From a virus (taxonomy: Duplodnaviria > Caudoviricetes): a stretch of DNA of 28,789 nt. A program made the translations under genes and the position numbers. The stretch spans positions 1 through 28,789 of IMG/VR virus record IMGVR_UViG_3300031452_000171; one strand, written 5' to 3'. Each line of letters starts with the position of its first letter. The stretch's first letter is position 1. The notes below the pieces were generated by a model, which saw only the letters and a list, made by a program, of their open reading frames with translations, had not been told where the DNA came from and searched no databases. Below are positions 1 to 8,851 of the stretch, one piece after another.

Positions 1-573
1 TCAAGCGGCGGGACTGTTCCCGCCAAGCGGCGGCGGGGTCGATCGGTAGAGCATTTCGGTCTTCGCGGCACTCCCGGACGAACTGCCCACCCAATACCCG
101 ACCACGCTGGTCGCCATGGCCGCCAGCGTGCCGAGCAGCATGTTGAGAATGGTCTCGCTGCCGGCCGGAAGGGTGCTGGACAAAGCCGCCCACATCACCA
201 CCGCGAACGTCACCAGCACCACCAGGCTTACCACCGCCGGCGCCCACTGCACCCGGCTGTGTGCCTGAGCCAGCCCCAGGGTCTGCGCCCGCGCGTCGGC
301 CACGTCGCGCAGCTCGGCGGTGAGCGCGCCGAACTCGGCTTGCCACGCCGCCTCATCCGCCGCCGCCGCGATCTGCGCCAGCTGCACCCGCAGCAGCGCC
401 GTGGCTTGCGGGTCGCGCGCCAGCACCTGTTGCGCCACAGCCTCGTCGGGCGTGCCGGTCGCCGCCTGCACCGCGGCGGAGACGGCGGTTGCGGTGTCGG
501 CGGCTTTCGGGCCGAACAGCCAGCGCGCCAGCTCCGGCGCCAACGAAATCGCCAGCGGGATCAATGGCAGCAT
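1..573 (-). CDS. Putative holin (190 aa)
   Basis: ATG at 573 (MLPLIPLAISLAPELARWLFG) overlaps the ancestral endolysin stop (TGATG). Two C-terminal hydrophobic helices (WAPAVVSLVVLVTFAVVMWAAL; ILNMLLGTLAAMATSVVGYWVGSSSGS). Directly follows the endolysin. Confidence 0.7.
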   Translation of the reverse strand: MLPLIPLAISLAPELARWLFGPKAADTATAVSAAVQAATGTPDEAVAQQVLARDPQATALLRVQLAQIAAAADEAAWQAEFGALTAELRDVADARAQTLGLAQAHSRVQWAPAVVSLVVLVTFAVVMWAALSSTLPAGSETILNMLLGTLAAMATSVVGYWVGSSSGSAAKTEMLYRSTPPPLGGNSPAA

Positions 574-1164
574 CAGTTCGCCTCCATCTGCAAGGATTGA
601 TACGGCAACGCACACAGCCGGCGCGCCCAGCCCAGCCCGAACACCCGCCAGCCCGCCAGTCCGGCCATGAACGCCAGGCGCTGCGCCTGGAACTCGGCGC
701 AGATCGCCGCGCCGCCCTGCTCGGCCAGGATCTTCGCCAGCCTGGAACTCGGCGCAGATCGCCGCGCCGCCCTGCTCGGCCAGGATCTTCGCCAGCATCG
801 CCTGGGTCAGCGGCCCGATGGCGCCATCGGGCTCCGCCCCCGCGACACCCTGCAGCCAGCGCGCGGTCCGGCCGACGCCGTTGTTCACGCCGGCGTCGAA
901 CACCAGCAGCGCCAGTGGCGGCGGCAGCGTGTCGCAGGCGAGCGGGTCCCAGTAATCCCGCCGATAGATCGCCTGCGCGTCGGCGGGCGTCAGCGCCGCG
1001 ATGTCCAACATCGGGTAGGCTGCGGCGGAGATCCCCCAGGCGGTGCCGCGCAGCACGCCCTGGCCGACCCGTCCGCCGGTCCAGTTGCCGGGGTCGGCGG
1101 CCTCCTTGGACAGGCCGCCCTCATGGCCCAGCACGAACGCGAACGCCCTGTCGAACGCGCTCAT
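573..1164 (-). pseudogene. Glycoside hydrolase family 108 endolysin, frameshifted by a 55-bp duplication
   Basis: MSAFDRAFAFVLGHEGG..DPGNWTGG..GTAWGISAAAYP..YRRDYW..FDAGVNNG are GH108 motifs. The normal C-terminus (QRLAFMAGLAGWRVFGLGWARRL..MEAN*) lies in another frame. Removing one repeat copy restores a 178-aa ORF. Confidence 0.85.
686..795. repeat. Exact 55-bp tandem duplication
   Basis: cctggaactcggcgcagatcgccgcgccgccctgctcggccaggatcttcgccag occurs at 686-740 and 741-795. Confidence 0.97.
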
Positions 1165-1472
1165 GGCCGCGCCGCCCTGGCGCGCGACATCACCACGATG
1201 CCGAGCACCCGCTTGACCTCGTCCTGACCATCCTCCAGATGGGCGAGGCGTTCGGTGATCTCGGTCCAGTGCGCCTCGCCGACACGGTCGATGTCGCGGA
1301 TCGCGAGTTCCAGCGCCGGGATGCGGCGGTCGTGGTCGTTGAGCGTCGCGTGCTGGGCGGCCAGGAACCACACCATCGCGCCGACCTGCGCCACGACGGT
1401 CACCACGAATGCCGCGGAGACACGCCGGTCGAGTTGCCAGCCGCCGGAAAACGGGGCCTGGGACAAACTCAT
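1161..1472 (-). CDS. Small membrane protein of the lysis cassette (one TM helix plus coiled coil; holin/antiholin-like)
   Basis: 103 aa; GWQLDRRV followed by hydrophobic SAAFVVTVVAQVGAMVWFLAA, then a heptad-like region. ATGA overlap with the endolysin start. Confidence 0.65.
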   Translation of the reverse strand: MSLSQAPFSGGWQLDRRVSAAFVVTVVAQVGAMVWFLAAQHATLNDHDRRIPALELAIRDIDRVGEAHWTEITERLAHLEDGQDEVKRVLGIVVMSRARAARP

Positions 1473-1552
1473 TTTCGAGTTCCTTTGGATTGGGGTTGCA
1501 GCGCCCCGCCGGTCGCCGCGATGATCCGGCTACGGCAGCCTTGCGGGCGCGG

Positions 1553-4500
1553 TCACCACTGCACCACCCGCAGCAGCGGGGCGCCGCCAGCGCCGCCCGC
1601 GCCGCCCGCGGTCGAGCCGTCGCCGCCGCCGCCGGCAGGCCCCTGGACAGCGTTTCCGCCGCTATTGGTTGAGGCAACCGTGCCGTCGGCGCCCGACCCG
1701 CCCAGGTAGGCGATTGTGTTGCCGATTCCGCTGCCGGACGAGCCGGCGGAGCCGCTGCCGGCGCCGGCCGACCCGGCGCTCGCGCCCGATGCGTTGCCGC
1801 CAGCGCCGCGATAGCCGGCACTCCCGCCGCTGGCCGCCGAGATGCCGGCGGCGCCCGGTGCCGGCGCCCCGCCGCCGAATGCCGTGTGGCCGTTCCACAT
1901 TGCGCTGCCGCCCGCTATGCCCGCACTCGCCGCGGCGCCACCCGCAGGGGCGGTGCAAAGCGTCACCGCCCCGCTGCTGAACGATATCGCCGGCCCCTCG
2001 ATGACCATCGCTTCCGCGGCACTGCCGCCCGCGCCGCCGCTGTAGGCCGTGCCCGCGGTGGCGGTGACGCCGCCCGCGCCCGAGGACCCGCAGCCGATCA
2101 GGATGGCGCGGATGTATTTCGCCGCCGGGTTGAGCGTCCAGGCGCCCGACGCGGTGAAGCTGTCCACCTGCAGCACGCCGGAGGTGACGAAGCCCTGGGC
2201 CTTCACGAACGCGGTGCTGGCCGCGTTGCTCGAGTTGTCCGTTGCGACGACGGTCGGGATGACCACGGTGCCGGCGCCTGCGGGGTTGAGCAGCAGATTG
2301 CCGTTCGCGGCCCCCTCGACCGTCAGCGCCACTGCCCCGACGCCGCCGCGCACCAGCAGGTCGGACGTGCCGGCGCCGGGGCTGTCCGTGCGCAGCACGG
2401 TGACGCCGTTGGCGCGCAGGCGGACGCTGCCGGCGCTGCCCTGCGCCACGGCAAACAGATCCACGCTGGTGTCGGTGCCGGTGGCCGCGATGGTCGCGGC
2501 GTTGCCCGCAGCCGCTCCGGTGATCGTCGCGTTGTTGGCGCTGCCCGAAACGGTCACGGTGCCGGTGTAGGTCGGGGAAGCCTTTGGCGCGTATGTCGTG
2601 GCCGCGGTGGCGGCACTGAGCAGCCCCGTGACTGCTCCGGTGCCTCCGTTGACGGACTGGACGGGAGCCGCCGCCGCCGCCGCCGTGGTGGTGATAAGGC
2701 CCGCCGTCGACGTTCCAGCGGTGGGGATCGACGTAGCGGATGCCGCCGTGACCAGGCCCTTTGCGTTGATCGTCAGCGTTGGCACGCTGGTGGAGTTGCC
2801 GAACGCCCCTGCGCCGCTGTTCACCGTTGCCAACGTAAGGGATGCGCTACCTCCCCCACTGGAGGTTGCATCGCCGGTGAGCGCAGTGATGCCGCCAGAG
2901 GTCGGTGTGTAGCCCAGCGCCGTCGTTACCTGCGACGACGTGATGCCCGTCAGAAAGGCGCCGGTGGCGCTGGTCCAGTCCGTCACGTCCGAGTGCGTGA
3001 GCGTGATCGCTCCGGTGCGTGCGGCCACGGAGGAAACAGGCGCGGCAACTAGATACGCCTGGCCTTTGACCCAAGCCGAAGTGACGACGTTGGGGCTGTT
3101 GTCGGTGAGCGTGGGGGATGTGCCAAGCGCCACGGTCCCGTTGCCTTTAGGATTGAGCACCAGGTTGATGTTCGCGTCAGTGCCTTCCGCCGTCAGCGCC
3201 ATGGTGCCGGCGCCGGGCCGCACCAGCAAATCATCGGCCACGGCATTCGGGTTGTCGGTGCGTAGCGTGGTCGAGCCGTTGGCCTGCAGCCGGACGCCGC
3301 CGGCGACGCCCTTCGGAGTCACGAAGTAATCGATGTTCGTGTCGCCGCCCTCGGCTATCAGGTTCATCGTGCCTGCGCCGGAGCGGAACAGCACGTCGTC
3401 GGTGCCGCCGTTGGCGTCGTCGACGCGCACGACCGTCTGGCCGTTGGCCTGCAGCTTGACGCTGCCGGTGACGCTCTTGGCCTGCAGTTGCAGGTCGACG
3501 CTGGCGTCGCTGCCGATCGCCGCCACGCTGACCGGGTTGCCGGCGCCGTTGCTGTAGAGGCGCGGCTCGTTGGCGTCGTTGCCGGCGGCATTCATCGACG
3601 GCACCCGCAGCCGCCCGGCGTTTCCGGCCGCATTGTAGAGATACAGCGGCGCCGGCCCTTGCAGGAATGGCGTGCCCTGCACCTGCACGAAGTTGGCCGG
3701 GTTGACGCCGCTGTTGGCCACGAACACCGCCGGCGTGCCGTCGCCGGCCGACGTGGCGAAGAACGTGTTTGCCCAAAGGTCGGAGACGGTGACGCGGTTG
3801 TTGTAGCCTTCCACGTCGATCGCCGGGCCACCGACGCTGTTGCTGCGCCACTGGTCGATCTGGAACTGGTCGGTGTTGCCGGTGACCAGCATTCCACGGC
3901 TGGCCGCGATCACCACGCCACCGCCGGCGGCGAAGTCCTGGTGCTGCGTGGTGACCTTGCCGAACTGGCCACTGATGCCGTTGCCATCCGCCAGGACGGC
4001 ATACTTGGAGAAGTCGGCGTAGATGCTGTTGGCATACAGCTTCGTGGTGACGCCATTGCCGCCGGTCGTCAGATACAGCGCGTCGCGCGTGCCGAACGTG
4101 AAGAGATCGCCGATGAAGATGCCGTCGACGCGCCGCAGGATCACCGTGTCGAGGTTCGCCTCCTGGTAGGCCAGCACGTACGGGCTGGTCGTCGCATAGG
4201 TCCAGGCGTGCAAATAGTCGATGCGCGGGATGTCATAGCAGTCGTCGATCTCGACGCCGGCGGTGAAGAACTGGCCCGTCACCTTGCGGATCAGCAGCCG
4301 GCCCGAGTTGTCGGCGTAGATGCCGCGGTTGACGCCTGCGAACAGCACGTTGTCGAAGGTGACCTCGCTCAGCGTGTTCAGCACCTTGAATACGTAATCG
4401 TAATTGGTCGGCGCCCAGCCGCTCACCTGCGATGGATGGACCTGCGTCACGGCGATGTTGCGCACGATGGCGCCACGCGCGAACGCGCCGGAGAAGGTGA

Positions 4501-4978
4501 ACGGCACGAACCCGGCGGCGTTGATCGTGAGCCAGGTGCCGCTGCCGGAGGTGGGGTTGGCGCCCTCGTTGTAACCTTGGCCCTCGATGGTCGGGGCGCC
4601 GATGGTGAACACCACGGCGCTGTTCAGCGCGTAGCTGCCGGCCGGGATCAGGACGACGTTGGCCGTACCCGCGTTGAGCTTGGCGGCGATGAGGCGCAAC
4701 GCCGGGCCGATGTCGGTGACGCCGTCCGCCACCGCCCCGTAGTCGAGCACGTTGAATACGGCGGCTCGCTGCGGCGCGAATCCCAGGGCGGCGGCGACCT
4801 GGCCGGACGTGACGGACGACAGGTAGCCTTGGCTTCTCACCCAGGCCGTCGTCGCCGCCCGGCCGGAGGCGTCGGACGCGCCAGGTGTGGCGAACAGCGG
4901 CGCCGGCAGGGTTTGCGCCTGCGCCGGCGTCATGGCGGCAATCAGCAACGCTGCAAGCAGAGGCTTGGTATTTTGCAC
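1553..4978 (-). CDS. Tailspike/fibre-like protein with pectate-lyase-like beta-helix, fibre repeats, C-terminal Gly-rich domain and apparent signal peptide (1141 aa)
   Basis: GTG start with GGAG 8 nt upstream. FNVLDYGAVADGVTD..LIPAGSY is a beta-helix start motif. Fibre-type motifs VSSVAARTGAITL and VQSVNGGTGAVT. Gly-rich C-terminus. Confidence 0.8.
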   Translation of the reverse strand: MQNTKPLLAALLIAAMTPAQAQTLPAPLFATPGASDASGRAATTAWVRSQGYLSSVTSGQVAAALGFAPQRAAVFNVLDYGAVADGVTDIGPALRLIAAKLNAGTANVVLIPAGSYALNSAVVFTIGAPTIEGQGYNEGANPTSGSGTWLTINAAGFVPFTFSGAFARGAIVRNIAVTQVHPSQVSGWAPTNYDYVFKVLNTLSEVTFDNVLFAGVNRGIYADNSGRLLIRKVTGQFFTAGVEIDDCYDIPRIDYLHAWTYATTSPYVLAYQEANLDTVILRRVDGIFIGDLFTFGTRDALYLTTGGNGVTTKLYANSIYADFSKYAVLADGNGISGQFGKVTTQHQDFAAGGGVVIAASRGMLVTGNTDQFQIDQWRSNSVGGPAIDVEGYNNRVTVSDLWANTFFATSAGDGTPAVFVANSGVNPANFVQVQGTPFLQGPAPLYLYNAAGNAGRLRVPSMNAAGNDANEPRLYSNGAGNPVSVAAIGSDASVDLQLQAKSVTGSVKLQANGQTVVRVDDANGGTDDVLFRSGAGTMNLIAEGGDTNIDYFVTPKGVAGGVRLQANGSTTLRTDNPNAVADDLLVRPGAGTMALTAEGTDANINLVLNPKGNGTVALGTSPTLTDNSPNVVTSAWVKGQAYLVAAPVSSVAARTGAITLTHSDVTDWTSATGAFLTGITSSQVTTALGYTPTSGGITALTGDATSSGGGSASLTLATVNSGAGAFGNSTSVPTLTINAKGLVTAASATSIPTAGTSTAGLITTTAAAAAAPVQSVNGGTGAVTGLLSAATAATTYAPKASPTYTGTVTVSGSANNATITGAAAGNAATIAATGTDTSVDLFAVAQGSAGSVRLRANGVTVLRTDSPGAGTSDLLVRGGVGAVALTVEGAANGNLLLNPAGAGTVVIPTVVATDNSSNAASTAFVKAQGFVTSGVLQVDSFTASGAWTLNPAAKYIRAILIGCGSSGAGGVTATAGTAYSGGAGGSAAEAMVIEGPAISFSSGAVTLCTAPAGGAAASAGIAGGSAMWNGHTAFGGGAPAPGAAGISAASGGSAGYRGAGGNASGASAGSAGAGSGSAGSSGSGIGNTIAYLGGSGADGTVASTNSGGNAVQGPAGGGGDGSTAGGAGGAGGAPLLRVVQW

Positions 4979-4991
4979 GGCATTAGCTCCT

Positions 4992-7900
4992 TCAGGCGAT
5001 GGAAAGGACGCCGGCGTTGTTCCAGATGGTTCCCGCGCCCAACCCGACGTTGCTGGTCGGCAGCGCAGTCAGCGTCAGCCCCGGCATGACGGCTGGGGCA
5101 CTCAGCGTCACCACCGCGGCGGTGGCGGAGAGCATAGGTCCGCCGATGCCCCAGGCGATCGACTGCGCACTCCCGAGCAGCACGCCGCAGCCATCGGCGA
5201 AGCTCGCCCGGTCCATGCGCAGCCCGTGCGCGAAGCTGCCGCGGAACTCGGCCGGCGCGTGCGGCCAGACGCTGCGGTCGGGCACCGTGCTGCCGCCCAC
5301 GAACACGCCGCGGCCCTGTGGCGCGATGCTGTTCGGCGCCGCCATGTAGACGGTTTGCGAGCCTGCCGAGTAGCCGCCGGGCTGGCAGGTTCCCGCTACC
5401 AGCCCGAGCGTGTCGAGCGGGGTGCCGGCGGCATTGGCCAGCGTGAGCGTGCCGCCGCCGGTGTTGCGGATGACGATGCCGACGCCGTTGTGCGCGTAGC
5501 AGGCGACCAGCGCCGGCGCCGCGGTCAACGCCGCGAAGCCGGAACTTAGCCAGCCGGCCGCCGCCAGCGCCGCACGGACCGCCGCCACCACGCCGACGAC
5601 GCTGCCGTCGCTGCCGACGACCGCCACCACCGGCCCGTGGCTGTTGCCGGCGAGGTCGGTGGCGGAAAGGCTGATCGCGTCGCCGGGGCGGCAGGCCGGC
5701 GCGCCGATTTCGCCCATCGCCGTGGCGAACGCCTTGGGCGGGGTCGGCGGCAGGATCGTCGCGGCGGGCAGGCTCAATGCCTGCAGCGTCGTGGCCCCCG
5801 CCGGCTGCGACAGCACCAGGCCGCAGGGCTGATCGGGCAGATGCGCCGTCAGCACCAGTTGCCCGGCCGAGGCTACGTCGGCCTTGACCCCTGACAGCCC
5901 GGCCGCGTTGATCGCGGCGGCAACGTCGCTGGGCGCGCCAGCGCCGGCAACCGTCACGACGACGCCGTTGACGGTCAGTTGCGCGCCCGCCGCCACGCTG
6001 CCGCTGCCGCCGAACACCACCGCCGTGTCGTTGCGCAGCGTCGTGTAGGGTTGCGCCGGGATGCCCAGCGTCGCCAGCGCCGACCCGCCCAGCGTCAGCG
6101 TGCCGAGGTCGCCCGGCGCGGTGCCGAACAGCACCAGGCTCGAAACCGCCCCACCCCAGACGGCGACGCTGGCGTTTACATACGGGATGTTGGCCGACCG
6201 CACGGCCGCGGCGATCGACGCCAGGTCGCCGTGGCTGCCGTCGGCGTTGAGCGTCAGCGTGACCATGGCCGGGGCCGGCACGCCACCCCCCACGAACGTC
6301 ACCGCGGGCGCGGCGGAATAGCCCGAACCGGCGTTGCCCAGCGTGACGCCCACCACCGCGCCCCCGACCAGCTTTGCGGTGCCGGTGGCGCCGCTGCCGC
6401 CGCCACCGCTGAACACCACGCCGGGCAGGCTGGCGTAGAGACCGCCGCCGCCGTTCACGGTGACGCCGGTGACCACGCCGCCCGCGCCGATATAGGCGGT
6501 GGCCGACGCGGTCAGGTCCATGCTGATCGTGAGCGTGCTCGCGCGCGCCACCGCCGCCGGGTTGCCGGCACTGTAGGCGGCCGGGTAGGCGATCCAGCGC
6601 CGGTTGATTCCGGCCCCCTCGCTATAGCCGCCGACGCTGCCGTAGGCGTACAGGATATGGCCGCCGTATAGCCCGTTCTGGCCCCACGGGTCCATCGACA
6701 TGCCCTGCACCGCGGTTCCGATGCCGGACTGGAAGGTCCAGCCATGGTCGGGGCCGTTGTTGACCACGTCGAACTCGGAATGCTCGGCCGAGGCGCTGAG
6801 CTGGGCGCGCGAGGCGGTGTCCTCGTCGTAGGTGGCGCCGGTGATGACTTCCCAGTGGCCCCAGCCGGAAGAGTTGTCGAGCAGGTTCGGCCAGGCGTAG
6901 ATATTCTGCTCGGCGAAGTCGATGCCGCCTGCATACTTCGAATACAGGTTGACGTTGGTGTAGTCGCGAGCCCATGCCACGCGGGCGGCGGCCGAGTTCT
7001 GCGGGTTGTTCTCCACCAGTTCGTAGTTGAACGGCAGGTTCCCGGCGACGCCGACGCCCGCGGCATACGGGAAGAACCCGCCTCCGGTCTGAGCAATTCG
7101 GAACGGCCCCTGACGCGACTCCACCCGGGCGACGGCCAGGAAGCCCGGACCGCTGAAGCTGGCGCCGTCCTCGAACTCGACCGTGACGGACACTCCGGCG
7201 GGCGGGTAGATGATGCCGCTCAGGCGATACACGCCGCGCGGCACGAACAGCCGCGCGGCGCTTCCGGACGGCAGCGTGTTGAGTGCCGCCGAGAACGCCG
7301 GCCCGCTGTCGGCGATCCCGGTGGGATCGGCGCCGTAGTCAAGCAGCAGCAGCCGGTCCGCTGCCCGCGCCGCGGCGGTGCGGGCAGTCGTGCCGTGCAA
7401 CGCGCGCAGGCTGCCGGCAGACAAATCGGCGCCGGCGATGCTGCCGCCGGTGATCGCGACCCCGGAGGCGGATTGCTGCGCCATGCTGCCCGGCGTGTAG
7501 CCCAGCGCCGCCGTGACATCGGCGGCGGCGATGGCGGCGCCTGCGGTCACCTGGCCCTTGGCGTTGACCGTGAGCTTGGTGAACACCCCGGGGGTTGCGA
7601 TGGGCGGCAATGCCAGGGCGATCGGCGAGCTGCCGGAACCCAGCACGTCGCCGGTGAACACCAGCGCCGGCTGGCTCGCGGCGACGAAGGCGGTGGTGGC
7701 GATGGCCGCGTTGGCGCTCCCCGCCGCCTGCGTCGGCGCGGTCGGCGTGCCGGTGAAGGATGGGTTCGCGACGGTCGCCAGCACCGCGGTGTCGGCTGCC
7801 AGCACGCCCTGGCTCAGCGAAAAGCCGCTGCCCAGGACCACCGCCTCCGGCCCGCCCGGACTGGCGCTGACCCGTCCCAGCAACGCGCCCTGCGCCAGCG

Positions 7901-8030
7901 TCAGCGCCGATTGCGTTCCCGCCAGCAGCAGGCCGGTGCTGGCGGCAACGCTGAGGCCGCCTTGCACCAGCATCAGCAGATCGTCGTCATTGGTGGAAGT
8001 TGCGCTCGGCAACTGCGACACGGTTGGCAT
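4992..8030 (-). CDS. Large tail fibre/spike protein (1012 aa)
   Basis: MPTVSQLPSAT N-terminus; PSFTGTPTAPT..AIATTAFV fibre motif; LLDYGADPTGIADS..FVPRGVYRL beta-helix cap; repeated beta-rich domains; GTIWNNAGVLSIA terminus. Confidence 0.8.
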   Translation of the reverse strand: MPTVSQLPSATSTNDDDLLMLVQGGLSVAASTGLLLAGTQSALTLAQGALLGRVSASPGGPEAVVLGSGFSLSQGVLAADTAVLATVANPSFTGTPTAPTQAAGSANAAIATTAFVAASQPALVFTGDVLGSGSSPIALALPPIATPGVFTKLTVNAKGQVTAGAAIAAADVTAALGYTPGSMAQQSASGVAITGGSIAGADLSAGSLRALHGTTARTAAARAADRLLLLDYGADPTGIADSGPAFSAALNTLPSGSAARLFVPRGVYRLSGIIYPPAGVSVTVEFEDGASFSGPGFLAVARVESRQGPFRIAQTGGGFFPYAAGVGVAGNLPFNYELVENNPQNSAAARVAWARDYTNVNLYSKYAGGIDFAEQNIYAWPNLLDNSSGWGHWEVITGATYDEDTASRAQLSASAEHSEFDVVNNGPDHGWTFQSGIGTAVQGMSMDPWGQNGLYGGHILYAYGSVGGYSEGAGINRRWIAYPAAYSAGNPAAVARASTLTISMDLTASATAYIGAGGVVTGVTVNGGGGLYASLPGVVFSGGGGSGATGTAKLVGGAVVGVTLGNAGSGYSAAPAVTFVGGGVPAPAMVTLTLNADGSHGDLASIAAAVRSANIPYVNASVAVWGGAVSSLVLFGTAPGDLGTLTLGGSALATLGIPAQPYTTLRNDTAVVFGGSGSVAAGAQLTVNGVVVTVAGAGAPSDVAAAINAAGLSGVKADVASAGQLVLTAHLPDQPCGLVLSQPAGATTLQALSLPAATILPPTPPKAFATAMGEIGAPACRPGDAISLSATDLAGNSHGPVVAVVGSDGSVVGVVAAVRAALAAAGWLSSGFAALTAAPALVACYAHNGVGIVIRNTGGGTLTLANAAGTPLDTLGLVAGTCQPGGYSAGSQTVYMAAPNSIAPQGRGVFVGGSTVPDRSVWPHAPAEFRGSFAHGLRMDRASFADGCGVLLGSAQSIAWGIGGPMLSATAAVVTLSAPAVMPGLTLTALPTSNVGLGAGTIWNNAGVLSIA

Positions 8031-8058
8031 CGGGTCGTCTCCGTATTCGGGGTTGCTG

Positions 8059-8553
8059 CTACTGGGCGACCAGGATCGGGGTCCCGAACTGGTCGGTGAC
8101 GACGCTGCCGGCCTGCGTGGTGAGCGCCGTCGCGACGGTGGGCGAGGCGGCGGTCGCCAACGGCTGCACCGGCAGCAACACCGCCCGGCTGATGGCCCGT
8201 CCGCTCGCGGTGACGATGCTCGCCGTCACCACGTAGGTCGTGCCGGCGACGCCGCCGGAAAACCACAGCACCGCAACCTCGCCGTCGGCCGCCACCACGC
8301 CGGGCAACAGCTCACCGGCGGGGAGCACCACGACGGTAACTGCCGTGATCCCGTCGCCTTCGTTGCCGGCCAGCGCCTGGCTGACGTCGATTTCATAGTC
8401 GAGCGTGTCGGCAGGGTCCTTTGCCGGCCAGCTAAGCGGCGCGGGCACGGTCAGCGCCGTGCCGCGCGGGGTCGGCAGGAAACCGTCGAGCACGACCCGG
8501 CGGGCGGCGCTGGGACGCCAGACATGGGCGAGCGGGGTGAGGGAGGCGGACAT
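8059..8553 (-). CDS. Putative fibre-tail adaptor protein (164 aa)
   Basis: WPAKDPADTLDYEIDVS..VLWFSGGVAGTTYVV..TASGR pattern resembles phage fibre adaptor proteins. ATG at 8553 with GGAG upstream. Confidence 0.65.
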   Translation of the reverse strand: MSASLTPLAHVWRPSAARRVVLDGFLPTPRGTALTVPAPLSWPAKDPADTLDYEIDVSQALAGNEGDGITAVTVVVLPAGELLPGVVAADGEVAVLWFSGGVAGTTYVVTASIVTASGRAISRAVLLPVQPLATAASPTVATALTTQAGSVVTDQFGTPILVAQ

Positions 8554-8566
8554 GCTGCTGCTCCGA

Positions 8567-8848
8567 TCAATGCGCCGAGGCCGCGGCGACAAGCGCCGCC
8601 ACCTGCGCCTGCAACGCGGCAAGCTGCGTCTGCACGCCGCCAAGCGTCAGCGCCGGGACGGCGACCGGGGCGGCGGCGGGCAATGCGAAGGTGCCGTCCG
8701 ACTGCGCCAGCCAACCGACCTGCACCGCGGGGTTGGCCGTCGTCACGTCGACCCACAGGATGCTCGCCTGGAACAGGCCGGCGATCGGCTGGCTGGTGGT
8801 GAACAGCTCCATCACCACGCTGGCTTGGACGCGCGCATAGGTGGCCAT
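8567..8848 (-). CDS. Small tail-fibre-associated protein (93 aa)
   Basis: MATYARVQASVVME..WVDVT..VQVGW..DGTF pattern is typical of small genes after fibre genes; C-terminal coiled coil. Confidence 0.6.
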   Translation of the reverse strand: MATYARVQASVVMELFTTSQPIAGLFQASILWVDVTTANPAVQVGWLAQSDGTFALPAAAPVAVPALTLGGVQTQLAALQAQVAALVAAASAH

Positions 8849-8851
8849 TGC

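Noticed and set aside
686-795. CRISPR array
   Set aside because: Two abutting copies with no spacers and no cas genes.
1473-1552. Intrinsic terminator between fibre and lysis genes
   Set aside because: Only an imperfect GC-rich pairing with no U-tract on the minus strand.
1-1821. 606-aa ORF as one genuine protein
   Set aside because: The part upstream of 1164 is an off-frame overlap of other genes, and the remainder is an endolysin-holin fusion created by the duplication.
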